Source: an uncultured delta proteobacterium (GTDB lineage Bacteria; Myxococcota_A; Polyangia; Polyangiales; Polyangiaceae). Taken from it: 64,000 nucleotides of DNA. The notes beneath the pieces were generated by a model. The model was given only the letters and a program-made list of their open reading frames with translations, was not told where the DNA came from and ran no database searches. Where the stretch lies: positions 1 through 64,000 of the forward strand of contig CAVQUB010000033.1 of NCBI GenBank assembly GCA_963716725.1, in the 5' to 3' direction. The stretch's first letter is position 1; every line of letters starts with the position of its first letter. Below, piece by piece: positions 28,828 through 39,019 of the stretch. The position numbers were made by a program, and so were the translations under genes.

Positions 28828-30456
28828 TCAGTCTTTGGCCAAGAACGGATAGCGCCAGCTGGTCGGGGGCGCGAAGGTCTCCTTGATCGTTCGGGGGGAC
28901 ACCCAGCGGATCAGGTTCCAGAGCGAGCCGGCCTTGTCGTTGGTGCCCGACGCTCGGGCGCCGCCGAAGGGCTGTTGCCCGACCACCGCGCCCGTCGGTT
29001 TGTCGTTGATGTAGAAGTTGCCGGCGGCGTGCCGCAGGCGCTCGGTGGCGGTCTCGATGAAGCCGCGATCCTGGGAGAACACGGCCCCCGTGAGCGCGTA
29101 GGGCGAGGTCTCGTCGCAGAGGGTCAAGGCATCGTCCACGCGAGCCGCGTCGTAGACGTACCAGCTGAGCACCGGGCCGAAGATCTCCTCGCGCATGCTC
29201 TTGGACTTGGGGTCGGTCGCCTCGATCAGGGTGGGCTGGATGAACCAACCGACCTTGTCGTCGTAGGTCCCGCCGGCCAGGATCTTCGAGCCGTCGCCGC
29301 GGGCGTGCTCGATGTAGCCCACGTGGTCGCGGTAGGCCTTCTTGTCGATCACCGCGCCCATGAAGTTCGAGAAGTCGCCCACGTCGCCCACGGTCAGCTC
29401 CGCGATCATCGCCACCACGCGCTGGCGCACGTCGTCGGCGATGGTGCTCGGCAAGTAGACCCGCGAGGCAGCGCTGCACTTCTGTCCCTGAAATTCGAAG
29501 GCGCCCCGCACGATGGCCACGGCGAGGGCCTGCCGGTCCGCGCTCTCGTGGGCGAAGATGAAGTCCTTGCCGCCGGTCTCGCCGACCAGCCGGGGATAGG
29601 TGCGGTAGCGGTCGATGCGCTCGCCGATGCGCCGCCACATTCCCTGAAACACGCCGGTCGATCCGGTGAAGTGCACGCCGGCGAGGTGCGGGCTGTCGAG
29701 CACGAGATCGCCGACGGCGGCCCCCGAGCCGTAGACCAGGTTGATGACTCCTGGCGGCAGCCCCGCCTCCATCAAGAGCTGCATGATGAAGTGCGCGGAG
29801 TAGACCGCGGTCGACGCCGGCTTCCACACCGCGGTGTTGCCCAAGATGGCCGGCGCCGTCGGCAGGTTGCCGGCGATGGACGTGAAGTTGAAGGGCGAGA
29901 CCGCGAACACGAAGCCCTCGAGGGGTCGCGACTCGACCTGGTTCCAGATGCCCGGACCCGAGATGGGCTGCTCGGCCAAGATGCGCTCGGCGAAGTGCAC
30001 GTTGAAACGGAAGAAGTCGATCAGCTCGCAGGCCGCGTCGATCTCGGCCTGATGCGCGGTCTTGCTCTGGCCGAGCATGGTCGCGGCGTTGAGCACCGGG
30101 CGATACTTGGTGGCGAGCAACTCCGCGGCCTTGAGGAAGATGGCCGCCCGCGAGCCCTGGGACATGCGTGCCCAGTCGGGTTGCGCCGCGACCGCCGCGT
30201 CGATGGCCGCGCCCACCTCGGTCGGCCCTGCGAGGTGATAGTGACCGAGCAGGTGGGCGTGCGCGTGGGGCATGACCGCGGCGCCCAGCTTGCCCGTGCG
30301 GATCTCCTTGCCGCCGATGATCAGCGGCATCTCGGTCTCGGTCCCCGCCAGGCGCGCGAGCTCGGCCTTCAGCGCCGCGCGCTCCGGTGTGCCCGGCGCG
30401 TGGCTCAGCACGGGCTCGTTGAAGGGAGGCGGCGCGTGGCTCAGGGCGTTCAGCAT
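28828..30456 (-). CDS. pruA: Delta-1-pyrroline-5-carboxylate (L-glutamate gamma-semialdehyde) dehydrogenase
   Basis: QAEIDAACELIDFFRFN, SPFNFTSIAGNL, FTGST, GETGGKDF, FEFQGQKCSAASR, GARASGTNDKAG. Confidence 0.95.
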   Translation of the reverse strand: MLNALSHAPPPFNEPVLSHAPGTPERAALKAELARLAGTETEMPLIIGGKEIRTGKLGAAVMPHAHAHLLGHYHLAGPTEVGAAIDAAVAAQPDWARMSQGSRAAIFLKAAELLATKYRPVLNAATMLGQSKTAHQAEIDAACELIDFFRFNVHFAERILAEQPISGPGIWNQVESRPLEGFVFAVSPFNFTSIAGNLPTAPAILGNTAVWKPASTAVYSAHFIMQLLMEAGLPPGVINLVYGSGAAVGDLVLDSPHLAGVHFTGSTGVFQGMWRRIGERIDRYRTYPRLVGETGGKDFIFAHESADRQALAVAIVRGAFEFQGQKCSAASRVYLPSTIADDVRQRVVAMIAELTVGDVGDFSNFMGAVIDKKAYRDHVGYIEHARGDGSKILAGGTYDDKVGWFIQPTLIEATDPKSKSMREEIFGPVLSWYVYDAARVDDALTLCDETSPYALTGAVFSQDRGFIETATERLRHAAGNFYINDKPTGAVVGQQPFGGARASGTNDKAGSLWNLIRWVSPRTIKETFAPPTSWRYPFLAKD

Positions 30457-30509
30457 GGCGGGCAGGTTAGGTCAGCGCTCCCCGCCGGGCGACAGTGAAT
30501 TTCTCTCGC

Positions 30510-31274
30510 TCAGAACGCCGTGAAGCCGCCGTCGACGCACAGGGTCTGCCCCGTCACGAAGGACGCGGCGTCGCTGGCCAGGAACAACGTGGCGGCGGCG
30601 ATCTCTTCCGGGCGTCCGACGCGCCCGAGGGCGGTGTGGCGGTTGGCGTGCTCGACCATCTCGGGGCTGGCCAAGATGGCCGCGGCGAGCCGCGTCTCGA
30701 CCAGGCCGGGCGCGATGGCGTTGACGCGCACGCCGCTCTGGCCGAGCTCGAAGGCCAGGGTCTGCGTCATGCTCCCGAGGGCCGCCTTGGTCATGCCGTA
30801 GACGCCTTGAAGCGGCGCGGCGCGCAGGCCCGCGACGCTGGTGATGCTAACGATGGATCCCGTGCCCTTGCGGTCGATGATGTGCTGCGCAAACACGCGG
30901 CTGGTCTCGAAGGCGCCGCGCAGGTTCACCTCGAAGGTCTTCTCGTAGGCGCCGGGATCGATGTTGACCATGGGTCCGAAGTACGGATTGGTGCCGGCGC
31001 AGTTGACCAGCACGTCGACGCGGCCGAAGCGCTCGATGGCGCTCTTCACGAGCGCGTGGCACTGGTCCGTGTTGCCGACGTGGGCCGCGACGGCGAGCGC
31101 ATCGGTTCCGCGATCGCGCAACTTGGCCGCGACCGCCTCGACGCCCTCGAGCTTGCGTGACGAGACGACGAGCTTGGCGCCCGCATCGGCGAAGGCCAGG
31201 GCGATGGCTTCGCCGATGCCTCGGCTGGCGCCGCTGACGACGGCAATCTTGTCTCGAAGGTGAATGATCGACAT
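30510..31274 (-). CDS. Short-chain dehydrogenase/reductase
   Basis: SGASRGIG, VNCAG, YGMTK catalytic motif, VNAIAPGLVET. Confidence 0.95.
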   Translation of the reverse strand: MSIIHLRDKIAVVSGASRGIGEAIALAFADAGAKLVVSSRKLEGVEAVAAKLRDRGTDALAVAAHVGNTDQCHALVKSAIERFGRVDVLVNCAGTNPYFGPMVNIDPGAYEKTFEVNLRGAFETSRVFAQHIIDRKGTGSIVSITSVAGLRAAPLQGVYGMTKAALGSMTQTLAFELGQSGVRVNAIAPGLVETRLAAAILASPEMVEHANRHTALGRVGRPEEIAAATLFLASDAASFVTGQTLCVDGGFTAF

Positions 31275-31400
31275 GGTTCGCCCGTGTACGGCTCGCGGCG
31301 CGGGGCGGCAAGGGGCTCGGGAAATCCCAGAAAACCGTCGCTCACGACCTCAATTGCGTCGATGTCAGCCCCAGCATCATCAACGCGCCGCTGAGCGTGG

Positions 31401-32000
31401 TCAGCTAACGCACTGACCGGCCTGGCAGTTGCCGGTGCAGCAGCGAGGGTTAGCTCCGTCCTGAGGACCGCTCCCGCAGGAGAGCCCCGTCTTGACGCAG
31501 CACTTGCCGCTCTGACAGTCGTCGCTGGCGTTGCACTGTTCCTTGCACTGGCATGCGGTCCCCACCGAGAACCCGCCCTGGGCCACGCACTTGCTCGACT
31601 GGCAGACGTCCGGGCAATAGCAGTTGCCGCAATTTTCGCTGCGGTTGATCCCGCAATTATCGTTGCCGGTCGTGGGCCCGCAATCTGAGGCCTTCTGCGT
31701 GCAGAAGGTGTTCTTGTCCCACGGGACGCAGGCGTCTCCCCCGGCGCCACCGCTCGGGGCTCCGCCACCGCTCGGGGCTCCGCCACCGCTCGGGGCTCCG
31801 CCACCGCTCGGGGCTCCGCCACCGCTCGGGGCTCCGCCACCGCTCGGGGCTCCGCCACCGCCGGCCACACCACCTCCGCCCGGCCCTCCACCCGTGCTGG
31901 CGCCGCCGGTGGAGGTGCCGCCCGCGCCCTCGGTCGTCGTGCTGCTGCTGCACGCCGCGAAACACCCGAACACCAGCAACGCCAGGGTCGTGCGAATCAT
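31401..32000 (-). CDS. Gly-rich, Cys-rich lipoprotein
   Basis: Lipobox FAAC; (GGGAPS)6 linker; Cys-rich C-terminus. Confidence 0.8.
   Translation of the reverse strand: MIRTTLALLVFGCFAACSSSTTTEGAGGTSTGGASTGGGPGGGGVAGGGGAPSGGGAPSGGGAPSGGGAPSGGGAPSGGGAPSGGAGGDACVPWDKNTFCTQKASDCGPTTGNDNCGINRSENCGNCYCPDVCQSSKCVAQGGFSVGTACQCKEQCNASDDCQSGKCCVKTGLSCGSGPQDGANPRCCTGNCQAGQCVS
31746..31860. repeat. 18-bp coding tandem repeat x6 (gccaccgctcggggctcc) encoding GGGAPS
   Basis: Six perfect copies seen directly. Confidence 0.95.
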
Positions 32001-32148
32001 GCGTCCAGCCTACGCCGGGCTTCGAACGAGGTCGAGCGTCGCCGGTGGGCGACCGGCGCACTCCATCCAGGGGCTTGGCCCCCCGTTCGGAACAACGGGG
32101 TCCGGAGCGGTCTCGCGCTGGCGCGCCGTCGAGGTTCGACTTCGCGCT

Positions 32149-33060
32149 ATGCTCGCCGCGACGATGCCTCTCGGCCCGCATGACGGCGTGCTCTTGGTCG
32201 CCCACGGCACGGTGAGCGATCTCGACGATCTGCCTGCGTTCCTCGCCCAGATCCGACGGGGTCGGCCTGCGCCGCCCGCGCTCGTGGCCGAACTGCGCCA
32301 CCGCTACCAGACCATCGGCGGCTCGCCGCTGCTCGACATCACCCGCGCCCAGGCCACGGCGCTCTCGAAGCGCCTCGACGCGCCGGTGCTGGTGGGCATG
32401 CGCCTCTGGCGTCCAACCGTCGAGGACGTGCTGCGCGGGATCGCCGGGCTGAAGCTGCGCCGCCTGTGCGTGCTGCCCCTCGCGCCCTTCTCGGTGCACG
32501 TCTACCTGTCGGCGGCCCAGGAGTCCTTCGCCGCCATGCGGCAGGAGCTCGGTCCGCTCGCGCCCGAGCTGGTTCCCACCGAGCCCTGGGGAACCGAGCC
32601 GGCCTTCGTCGAGGGACTCGCGGAGTCGATCCGCGCTCGCCTGAGCGACAACGCCAAGACGACCAGCGTGGTGCTCACGGCGCACAGCCTGCCGACCCGC
32701 GCGATCCGCGAGGGCGATCCCTACGAGGCGCAGTTCCGCGCCTGCGCGACCGCGGTCAGCGAGCGTCTGGGTCGTCGATGCGTGGTGGCCTTCCAGAGCC
32801 AGGGCGCCGACGGCGGCGACTGGCTCGGTCCGGATCTGAAGAGCGTGCTCGAGGGCGAGCGCGCTGCCGGAAGCGAGCGCGTGGTGCTGGCCCCCATCGG
32901 CTTTCCCGCCGAACACGTCGAAACGCTCTACGATCTGGACGTGGAGGCGGCGGGCTGGGCCCGGGAGCTCGGGCTCGAGTTGTCGCGCGTGCGTGCCCTC
33001 GACGACGACCCTCGGTTGATCGACGCGCTCGAGTCGGTGGTGCGTCGCGCTTTCGGCTGA
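32149..33060 (+). CDS. hemH: Ferrochelatase
   Basis: LLVAHGT, YQTIGGSPL, GMRLWRP, TAHSLP, FQSQG...WLGP, PIGFPAEHVETLYDLD; alternative start 32164. Confidence 0.92.
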   Translation: MLAATMPLGPHDGVLLVAHGTVSDLDDLPAFLAQIRRGRPAPPALVAELRHRYQTIGGSPLLDITRAQATALSKRLDAPVLVGMRLWRPTVEDVLRGIAGLKLRRLCVLPLAPFSVHVYLSAAQESFAAMRQELGPLAPELVPTEPWGTEPAFVEGLAESIRARLSDNAKTTSVVLTAHSLPTRAIREGDPYEAQFRACATAVSERLGRRCVVAFQSQGADGGDWLGPDLKSVLEGERAAGSERVVLAPIGFPAEHVETLYDLDVEAAGWARELGLELSRVRALDDDPRLIDALESVVRRAFG

Positions 33061-33097
33061 GCTTGTGCCCCGCGCTCGCTCTCCGTAGCATTGGGGC

Positions 33098-35254
33098 ATG
33101 AGCCTCTCGAAGCGCAGCATCATCGCCGTAGCTCTCGCCGCGTTTGCACTCGCCCACGCCTGCGGAGGCGATGAGGGCGGCGGCGTCGCCGGCAACACCG
33201 GCGGATCGCTCAACACGGGCGGCAACGGCGCGACGGGTGGCAGCGGCACCGGCGGCGACGCAAGCTTGAACTTCGACGGGCCGCAGGGCGAGGTCGAGTC
33301 GATCAGCATCGAGCCGTCGACGGCGGTGATTGACGTGGTCAACGGCACCAGCACGCCAGCGCAGTTCAAAGCCGTGGGCAAGCTCAAGACCGGCGGCGCC
33401 GCGGCGGTGCCCGCGACCTGGAGCTTCGACCGCGTCGATCTCGGGGTGATCTCCTCGGCCGCTAGCCTGAAGGCTCACGGCAACAAGGGCGGATCCGGGA
33501 CCGTGACGGCGACCTTCGGCACGCTCACCGCGACGGCCACGGCCACCATCAACCTGAAGCTCGAAGACGACACCGCCAGCCTGACGCCTGCCGACAAAGC
33601 GAAGTTTGCGACGCCCGATTCGAACCCCAGCGGCACGCTGCTCTACCCCTACGACAAGACCGTGTTCGCGCGGGGCATCTTGGCGCCCGAGTTGATGTGG
33701 AGCGGCGGCGGGGCGGGGGACAAGTACAAGCTCGAGATCAGCGACAAGGGCGTGTCGCTGGTGGCCTACTTCAGCGCCGATCCGCCCAGCCGCTTCACGA
33801 TGAAGAAGGAGTGGTGGACGGCGCTCACCGAGAGCAGCGACGGCTCGCCGGTCAGCGTGAAGCTCTCGCGCCTCGACGCTGCCGGTACCGCGCATCAAGC
33901 CATGGCGCAGACTTGGAAGATCGCGCCCGGCAGCTTGCGCGGCACCATCTACTACTGGGCGGTGAACCTCGGGCAGATCGTCAAGATCAACCCGGGCGCT
34001 GCCGCCCCGGTGCCGGCCTTCGATCCGGGAGTCGCGAGCCAGCTGGGCAACCCCGCGCCGGTCGGCGGCTACCAGAACGAGAACCCGCCCTGGGACTCTG
34101 CGGGCGGCGGCAAGCGCTGCGTGGCCTGTCATACCGTCAGCAAAGACGGCTCGACCTTGGCGGCGAGCTTCAGCGCTTGCGAGAAGGCCAAGACCGGCTG
34201 CGCCCGACCCTGGGGCATCGTCGACACCGCCACCGAGAAGATCAAGCTCATCAGCACCTATCAGCCCGCGCCGGCCATCTACTCGGCGCTGAACCCCGAC
34301 GGCAAGCGGCTGGTCACGGACACCACGAGCTTCAAGATGAACATGTTCGACTCGGCGACGGGCGCGCCCATCGCGTCGGCCCTCGACGGCTACTCGCAGG
34401 TCGCCGTTCCGCAGTTCTCCCCCGACGGCAAGCTGATGGCCTTCGCGTCGAACACCACCGGCGCCTATCCGGTGGAGTTCAGCAAGTCCGATCTCGACGT
34501 GGTCGACGTCGATCTCGCCACGGCGCCGTATTTCACCAATCGACGCACGATCCAGGTGGCGGCGGCGTCGAACGAGGTCATCAGCTTTCCGAGCTTCTCG
34601 CCGGACAGCAAGTGGGTGTTCTACCAGCGAGGCAACTACAGTCGGGCCAGCTACCAGACCGTGGCGGGTGGCCCGCTGCTCACCGGGTTCAACGACTTGT
34701 TCATGGCGGACGTCGACAAGAACCTGGGCCAGATCAAGCTCGCGCTGGCCAATGGCGAGGGCACGCTGCCGGCCAAGGAGGCCAAGCGCAACTACCAGCC
34801 GCGGGTGAACCCCGTGGCCGTCGGGGGCTACGCCTGGGTGGTCTTCGTCAGCCCCCGCGACTACGGCAACCGGATGCAGTCGGCGAGCGACGCCACCGTC
34901 GAAAACCGCAAGCAGCTCTGGGTCGCGGCCATCGATCTGAACCCGGCGCCCGGCGCTGATCCGAGCCATCCGGCCTTCTGGTTGCCGGGACAGGATCAGA
35001 AGACCATCAACATGGACGCCTACTGGGCCCTCGAGCCGTGCAAGCAGAACGGACTCGACTGCAACGAAGGCTACGAGTGCTGCACCGGGTTCTGCCGCGA
35101 TCAGGGTGATGGCACCTTCAAGTGCGTTCCGCCGCCCACCAACGACTGCGCCTTGGTCAGCGAGAAGTGCACCACCACGGCCGACTGCTGCGTGAAACCC
35201 GGCTCCAAGATCCAGTGCATCGGCGGGTTCTGCGCCTTGCCGGGACCGGCCTGA
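33098..35254 (+). CDS. TolB-like (PD40 beta-propeller) lipoprotein with CxxCH motif and two C-terminal Cys modules
   Basis: Lipobox AHAC; Ig-like segment; CVACH; PQFSPDGK and FPSFSPDSKW repeats. Confidence 0.85.
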   Translation: MSLSKRSIIAVALAAFALAHACGGDEGGGVAGNTGGSLNTGGNGATGGSGTGGDASLNFDGPQGEVESISIEPSTAVIDVVNGTSTPAQFKAVGKLKTGGAAAVPATWSFDRVDLGVISSAASLKAHGNKGGSGTVTATFGTLTATATATINLKLEDDTASLTPADKAKFATPDSNPSGTLLYPYDKTVFARGILAPELMWSGGGAGDKYKLEISDKGVSLVAYFSADPPSRFTMKKEWWTALTESSDGSPVSVKLSRLDAAGTAHQAMAQTWKIAPGSLRGTIYYWAVNLGQIVKINPGAAAPVPAFDPGVASQLGNPAPVGGYQNENPPWDSAGGGKRCVACHTVSKDGSTLAASFSACEKAKTGCARPWGIVDTATEKIKLISTYQPAPAIYSALNPDGKRLVTDTTSFKMNMFDSATGAPIASALDGYSQVAVPQFSPDGKLMAFASNTTGAYPVEFSKSDLDVVDVDLATAPYFTNRRTIQVAAASNEVISFPSFSPDSKWVFYQRGNYSRASYQTVAGGPLLTGFNDLFMADVDKNLGQIKLALANGEGTLPAKEAKRNYQPRVNPVAVGGYAWVVFVSPRDYGNRMQSASDATVENRKQLWVAAIDLNPAPGADPSHPAFWLPGQDQKTINMDAYWALEPCKQNGLDCNEGYECCTGFCRDQGDGTFKCVPPPTNDCALVSEKCTTTADCCVKPGSKIQCIGGFCALPGPA

Positions 35255-35348
35255 CCTCCGCCCGACTCGGCAAGGGGAGGGCTATCCTCCGGCCCGCGTA
35301 GAACGACATGTGTCGCAGAGCGCGAAGAACCACGCTAGAAGAGGCGCC

Positions 35349-36425
35349 GTGAAGAAGCGGCGCAGGCAGCCCACGCGAGTCGTTCCCCTCCGACTGCGGC
35401 TCTTCGGGCTGCTCTGCGTGCTGGTGCTCGGGGTCGGCTGTCCTTGTGTGAAGGGACCCGTCAACGCCAGCCCCGGCCTTCGCTGGTGGCTGTTCTCGAA
35501 CTTCGGCGCGCAGAAGGTCTGTCCGGAGATGCTCAAGCGCGGCGCGCCGCTGAAGCTGACGCCCACCGGCAACACCATCGGGCGCTTCTTTCCCACGCGC
35601 TGCCAGCACGAGATCCACGACGACCGCAAGGCCATGACCTTGCACTTTGGCGGGACGGGCTTTGCCTGGACACCGGTCGCGGGGCGCGTCGGGTTCTCGG
35701 TGGAGACCTCCATCGAATACAATTTCGACTTCTTCATGTCGGACGACGACATCTATGTCTGGGCCAAGCAGCCGCAGATCCTCCGTGGACCGGATTTTCA
35801 AGTGGGCTCCGTCGAGAACACGGTCGTCAACTGGGGCCTGAAGTCGCCGGCCGGATCGATGGTCAATCAGTTCGGCTCGCAGATCGTGTCCAGCCAGCTC
35901 GCGAGCGGCTTCACGGTGCTGCACGGCGACGACGGTGACGACTTCACCTTGGGCATCTTGCAGCCGCCGCAGAAGCCCCGGCACCCCTACGACACGTCCA
36001 AGGGCGAGCGCTTCGTCTTTGCCAACGAGACCACCGAAATCCGCGCCAACCAAATGGACTTCCTCGGTCCCTTCGAGGTCGCGGACGACGAGCAAGCGCT
36101 GTTCTTCCGCATGCGCGTGGACGGGCCCGCGGTCGAAGCCATGCTCTTCCCGCGAGGCACGGCCGATCTCTGGCGCGAGGCGCTGCAGAAGGGCGCGCCC
36201 CTCGGTCCGCCGCCCGGTCCGCCGGTCACGGGCTTTGCGCTGCAGCCCGGAGTGGATCTGAAGAAGCGCATCCCGGTGCGCCAGGGTCAGTACTACCTGG
36301 TGGTCGACAACTCGGCTGCGGTGGGTCAAGTCTCGCCGCCGTGGAACCCGCTCGCCGTCGTCGGCGGCGCCGCAGCGGTGGTCTCGTACGTGGCAGAGAT
36401 CGGCGACGACGACGACGAGTTCTAG
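35349..36425 (+). CDS. Hypothetical lipoprotein
   Basis: SD GAGG before GTG; basic N-terminus, hydrophobic core, GVGC; start uncertain. Confidence 0.75.
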   Translation: MKKRRRQPTRVVPLRLRLFGLLCVLVLGVGCPCVKGPVNASPGLRWWLFSNFGAQKVCPEMLKRGAPLKLTPTGNTIGRFFPTRCQHEIHDDRKAMTLHFGGTGFAWTPVAGRVGFSVETSIEYNFDFFMSDDDIYVWAKQPQILRGPDFQVGSVENTVVNWGLKSPAGSMVNQFGSQIVSSQLASGFTVLHGDDGDDFTLGILQPPQKPRHPYDTSKGERFVFANETTEIRANQMDFLGPFEVADDEQALFFRMRVDGPAVEAMLFPRGTADLWREALQKGAPLGPPPGPPVTGFALQPGVDLKKRIPVRQGQYYLVVDNSAAVGQVSPPWNPLAVVGGAAAVVSYVAEIGDDDDEF

Positions 36426-36490
36426 GGAGATTCCGCTCCTGGTGCGAGCGCACCCGGCTCCTGCTCAGCGGAGCCGGAAGACGAGCTTGC

Positions 36491-37447
36491 CTACGGCAAG
36501 AACCGATACGTGAACGAGATCCACGGCAGGGCCGCGATCTCGGGCTCTTCTTCGGTGTCGAGGGGCCGCAGCAGCGCGAGATCGAGGGACCAGGTGCGAT
36601 ACGGGAAGCGGAAGCCGCCGCCCGCGAGCACGCCGCTGTACTCGCCGATCTCGCCGCCGAGGGGCACGGCCGTGTCGACCTCGACCAAGAGCGCGGCGCC
36701 GTCGGAGATGCGCCAGATGGCCCCCGCTCCGTTGACCATCATGGTGCCTGGGCCCGCGAGCATCACGTGACTCGAGAGGCTCGCGCTCGACTCGCATTCG
36801 TGATCGAAACACAGCTCGGCGACCGCGCCCACTCGGCCGAGCACGAAGTTGCCTTGATCGACGCCGAAGATCCCGGAGGCCGACCCCAGCGCCGCGAGGC
36901 GAAGCGGACCCTTTCGCACGAAGGCGCCTTTGAGGCTCAGATCGAAGAAGTAGACGCGGTCCGGACCATCCGAGATGGGTGGCACTCCGGTCAGCGTGAT
37001 CTGCGTTGCGTCGCTGATGGCGTAGCCCGCCTGCAGCAGCACGATCTCGTTGCTCGTGAAATACAGCGTGCCCTCGGGGTGCGTGTAGGCCGTGGGCAAG
37101 AGCAGGACGCGATCGGCGTGGGCATTGGCGACGCGTGCGTCGCGGCGCGGCGCCAGCGAAGGCGCTGGAGGAGTCCAGGGCGCGTAGGTCGGGGGCGCGT
37201 AGGTCGGGGGCGCGTAGGCGGGCGCCGCGTAGGCGGGCGCCGCGGGGTGGCCGGGTGGGGTGTACGCCGGCGCCGCCGGCGCGGGTGCCGGCGTGGCCGG
37301 CAGTTCACTCGGAGGTGTGACCCCGGGTTGGGGGGCAGGCGCGTCGGTGGCGGCGGTCGCGGGCTGCGCGATCGCTGACGCCATGGACACGAAGCACGCG
37401 CTCGCGGCCGTGATCGCCTGGGATCTCATCCGTGTCGTTCTGTGCAT
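36491..37447 (-). CDS. Secreted protein with Pro-rich linker and putative outer-membrane beta-barrel
   Basis: Signal peptide, (PAYA/PPTYA)n linker, alternating beta pattern ending WISFTYRF. Confidence 0.7.
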   Translation of the reverse strand: MHRTTRMRSQAITAASACFVSMASAIAQPATAATDAPAPQPGVTPPSELPATPAPAPAAPAYTPPGHPAAPAYAAPAYAPPTYAPPTYAPWTPPAPSLAPRRDARVANAHADRVLLLPTAYTHPEGTLYFTSNEIVLLQAGYAISDATQITLTGVPPISDGPDRVYFFDLSLKGAFVRKGPLRLAALGSASGIFGVDQGNFVLGRVGAVAELCFDHECESSASLSSHVMLAGPGTMMVNGAGAIWRISDGAALLVEVDTAVPLGGEIGEYSGVLAGGGFRFPYRTWSLDLALLRPLDTEEEPEIAALPWISFTYRFLP

Positions 37448-37568
37448 CGGGGTGCTCGGGGCTCGGTGGTCAAGATCTGCCCGAGCTGCTACTTTCGCTC
37501 ATGTCGGGCCCGGTGTGGACTGGTTCCGGCTTTGCATTCACGTCGTGTTCCAACCCGAGCTCCCCGTG

Positions 37569-38168
37569 ATGCCCTCCCGCATTCGCCGCTTGATCCGCCT
37601 GGGATTGCCCCCGCTGGGGGCGGTGTTGCTGGGCCTCGCCTGCGGTCGCAGCGGGCTCGAGGCCGACGACTACGAGTGGATCGACGGTCAGCAGCCGCGG
37701 CCGGATGCAGCGGTGCCCGTTGGCCCGGACGCCCAGCAGGGTCCGTGTGTGCCCAGCGAAGAAGTCTGCAACGGTAAGGACGACGACTGTGACGGCCTGC
37801 TGGACGAGCTGTCACCCCTCCCGTGTCCCGACGGGGGGGAGCGCTACTGCGTGGGCGGGGCATCGAGCGCCTGCCCAGAGCGCTGCGAGGAGTGCATGCC
37901 CGGCAGCGAACGCATCTGCTTCCTCTCGTTCTGCAAGCACTGGGCGGTGCAGACCTGCACGGCCGACGGCAAGAGCTTCGGCAAGTGCCACGAAGAAGAT
38001 CCGCCGCCCGAGTGTGCCTCGGTGGCGAAGGACAAGAAGTACTCCAAGGAGCTCGAGCAGTGCTGTCTCGACAACGGCTACTGCTGTCGTGACACCTTCG
38101 ACCTCGACGACGACGGCAACACCGGCGAAATGCTCGGTGACTGCGAGGAAGTCCTGTGCAAGCCGTGA
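37569..38168 (+). CDS. Cys-rich lipoprotein with MopE-like putative metal-binding motif
   Basis: Lipobox GLAC; EVCNGKDDDCDGLLDE. Confidence 0.8.
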   Translation: MPSRIRRLIRLGLPPLGAVLLGLACGRSGLEADDYEWIDGQQPRPDAAVPVGPDAQQGPCVPSEEVCNGKDDDCDGLLDELSPLPCPDGGERYCVGGASSACPERCEECMPGSERICFLSFCKHWAVQTCTADGKSFGKCHEEDPPPECASVAKDKKYSKELEQCCLDNGYCCRDTFDLDDDGNTGEMLGDCEEVLCKP

Positions 38169-39019
38169 GGCGCTGCGCACAGGTGACCCTCGCGCTCTCG
38201 GCTCTGCTCGCTCAGCACCCGGCCGAGGCCGCGTGCAACCGCCCGGACATCCAGTTCGCGGTGCCGCCGGACGGTGCGGACGGCGTGCCGCCCAACGCCA
38301 AACTCTTCGCGCGTTACCGATCCAACGCCGAATATACCGGCGAAGAGATCAACTTGGAGCAAGTCGGCGGGAGCACGCAGCAGCTCACCGGCGAGTGGAG
38401 CTCTGCCGAGACCCTGCTCGGGGTGGTGCCTTCGCTGGAGCCGGGTGAGAGCTACAGCATCGACTGGCCGCGCCTTCGAGGCGTCAACTCGGCGAGCCTG
38501 GGCAAGGGCAAGACCGTGGCCTTCGACGTCGGATCCAGCCTCGACGAAGCGCCGCCCGAGTTCGGCGGCCTGTCGGGTGTCTCCTGGGACGTGGATCGCG
38601 AGCGCGACGACTGCACCGACAGCCTCGAAGAGCGCTACGTCTTCGACTTCGATCTGGGGCCGGCCAGCGATGACGGCGGACGCGAGTCGCTGATGGTGCT
38701 CCTGTTCCAAACCAAGGGCCCACACGTGAAGGGCGACGCTCCGGAGCCCGTCAGCGTGCAACGCATGCCACGAGCCGGAGACACGCTGCGGCTGACCCGG
38801 ACCCTCGACGACGGCGAAGGCGACGTGTGCTTCGCTGCGGTCGCGCGGGATCTGACCGGCAAGGTCAGCGCCAGCGGGGCAGAGGAGGTCTGTGTCGAGA
38901 CGGTGGCGCCGCCCTTCTTCAACGGCTGCAGCGCCACGCGGTCGCCCGCGCGAGGCGCTGCGCTCGCGCTCCTCGGCCTGCTGCTCGCGGGAGCCGTGCG
39001 CCGCCGGAGCCGGCGGTGA
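38165..39019 (+). CDS. Ig-like domain protein with MYXO-CTERM-like C-terminus
   Basis: GTG overlaps the upstream stop; PPDGADGVPPN Ig-like start; GCSAT-hydrophobic-RRRSRR tail. Confidence 0.8.
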   Translation: MRRCAQVTLALSALLAQHPAEAACNRPDIQFAVPPDGADGVPPNAKLFARYRSNAEYTGEEINLEQVGGSTQQLTGEWSSAETLLGVVPSLEPGESYSIDWPRLRGVNSASLGKGKTVAFDVGSSLDEAPPEFGGLSGVSWDVDRERDDCTDSLEERYVFDFDLGPASDDGGRESLMVLLFQTKGPHVKGDAPEPVSVQRMPRAGDTLRLTRTLDDGEGDVCFAAVARDLTGKVSASGAEEVCVETVAPPFFNGCSATRSPARGAALALLGLLLAGAVRRRSRR

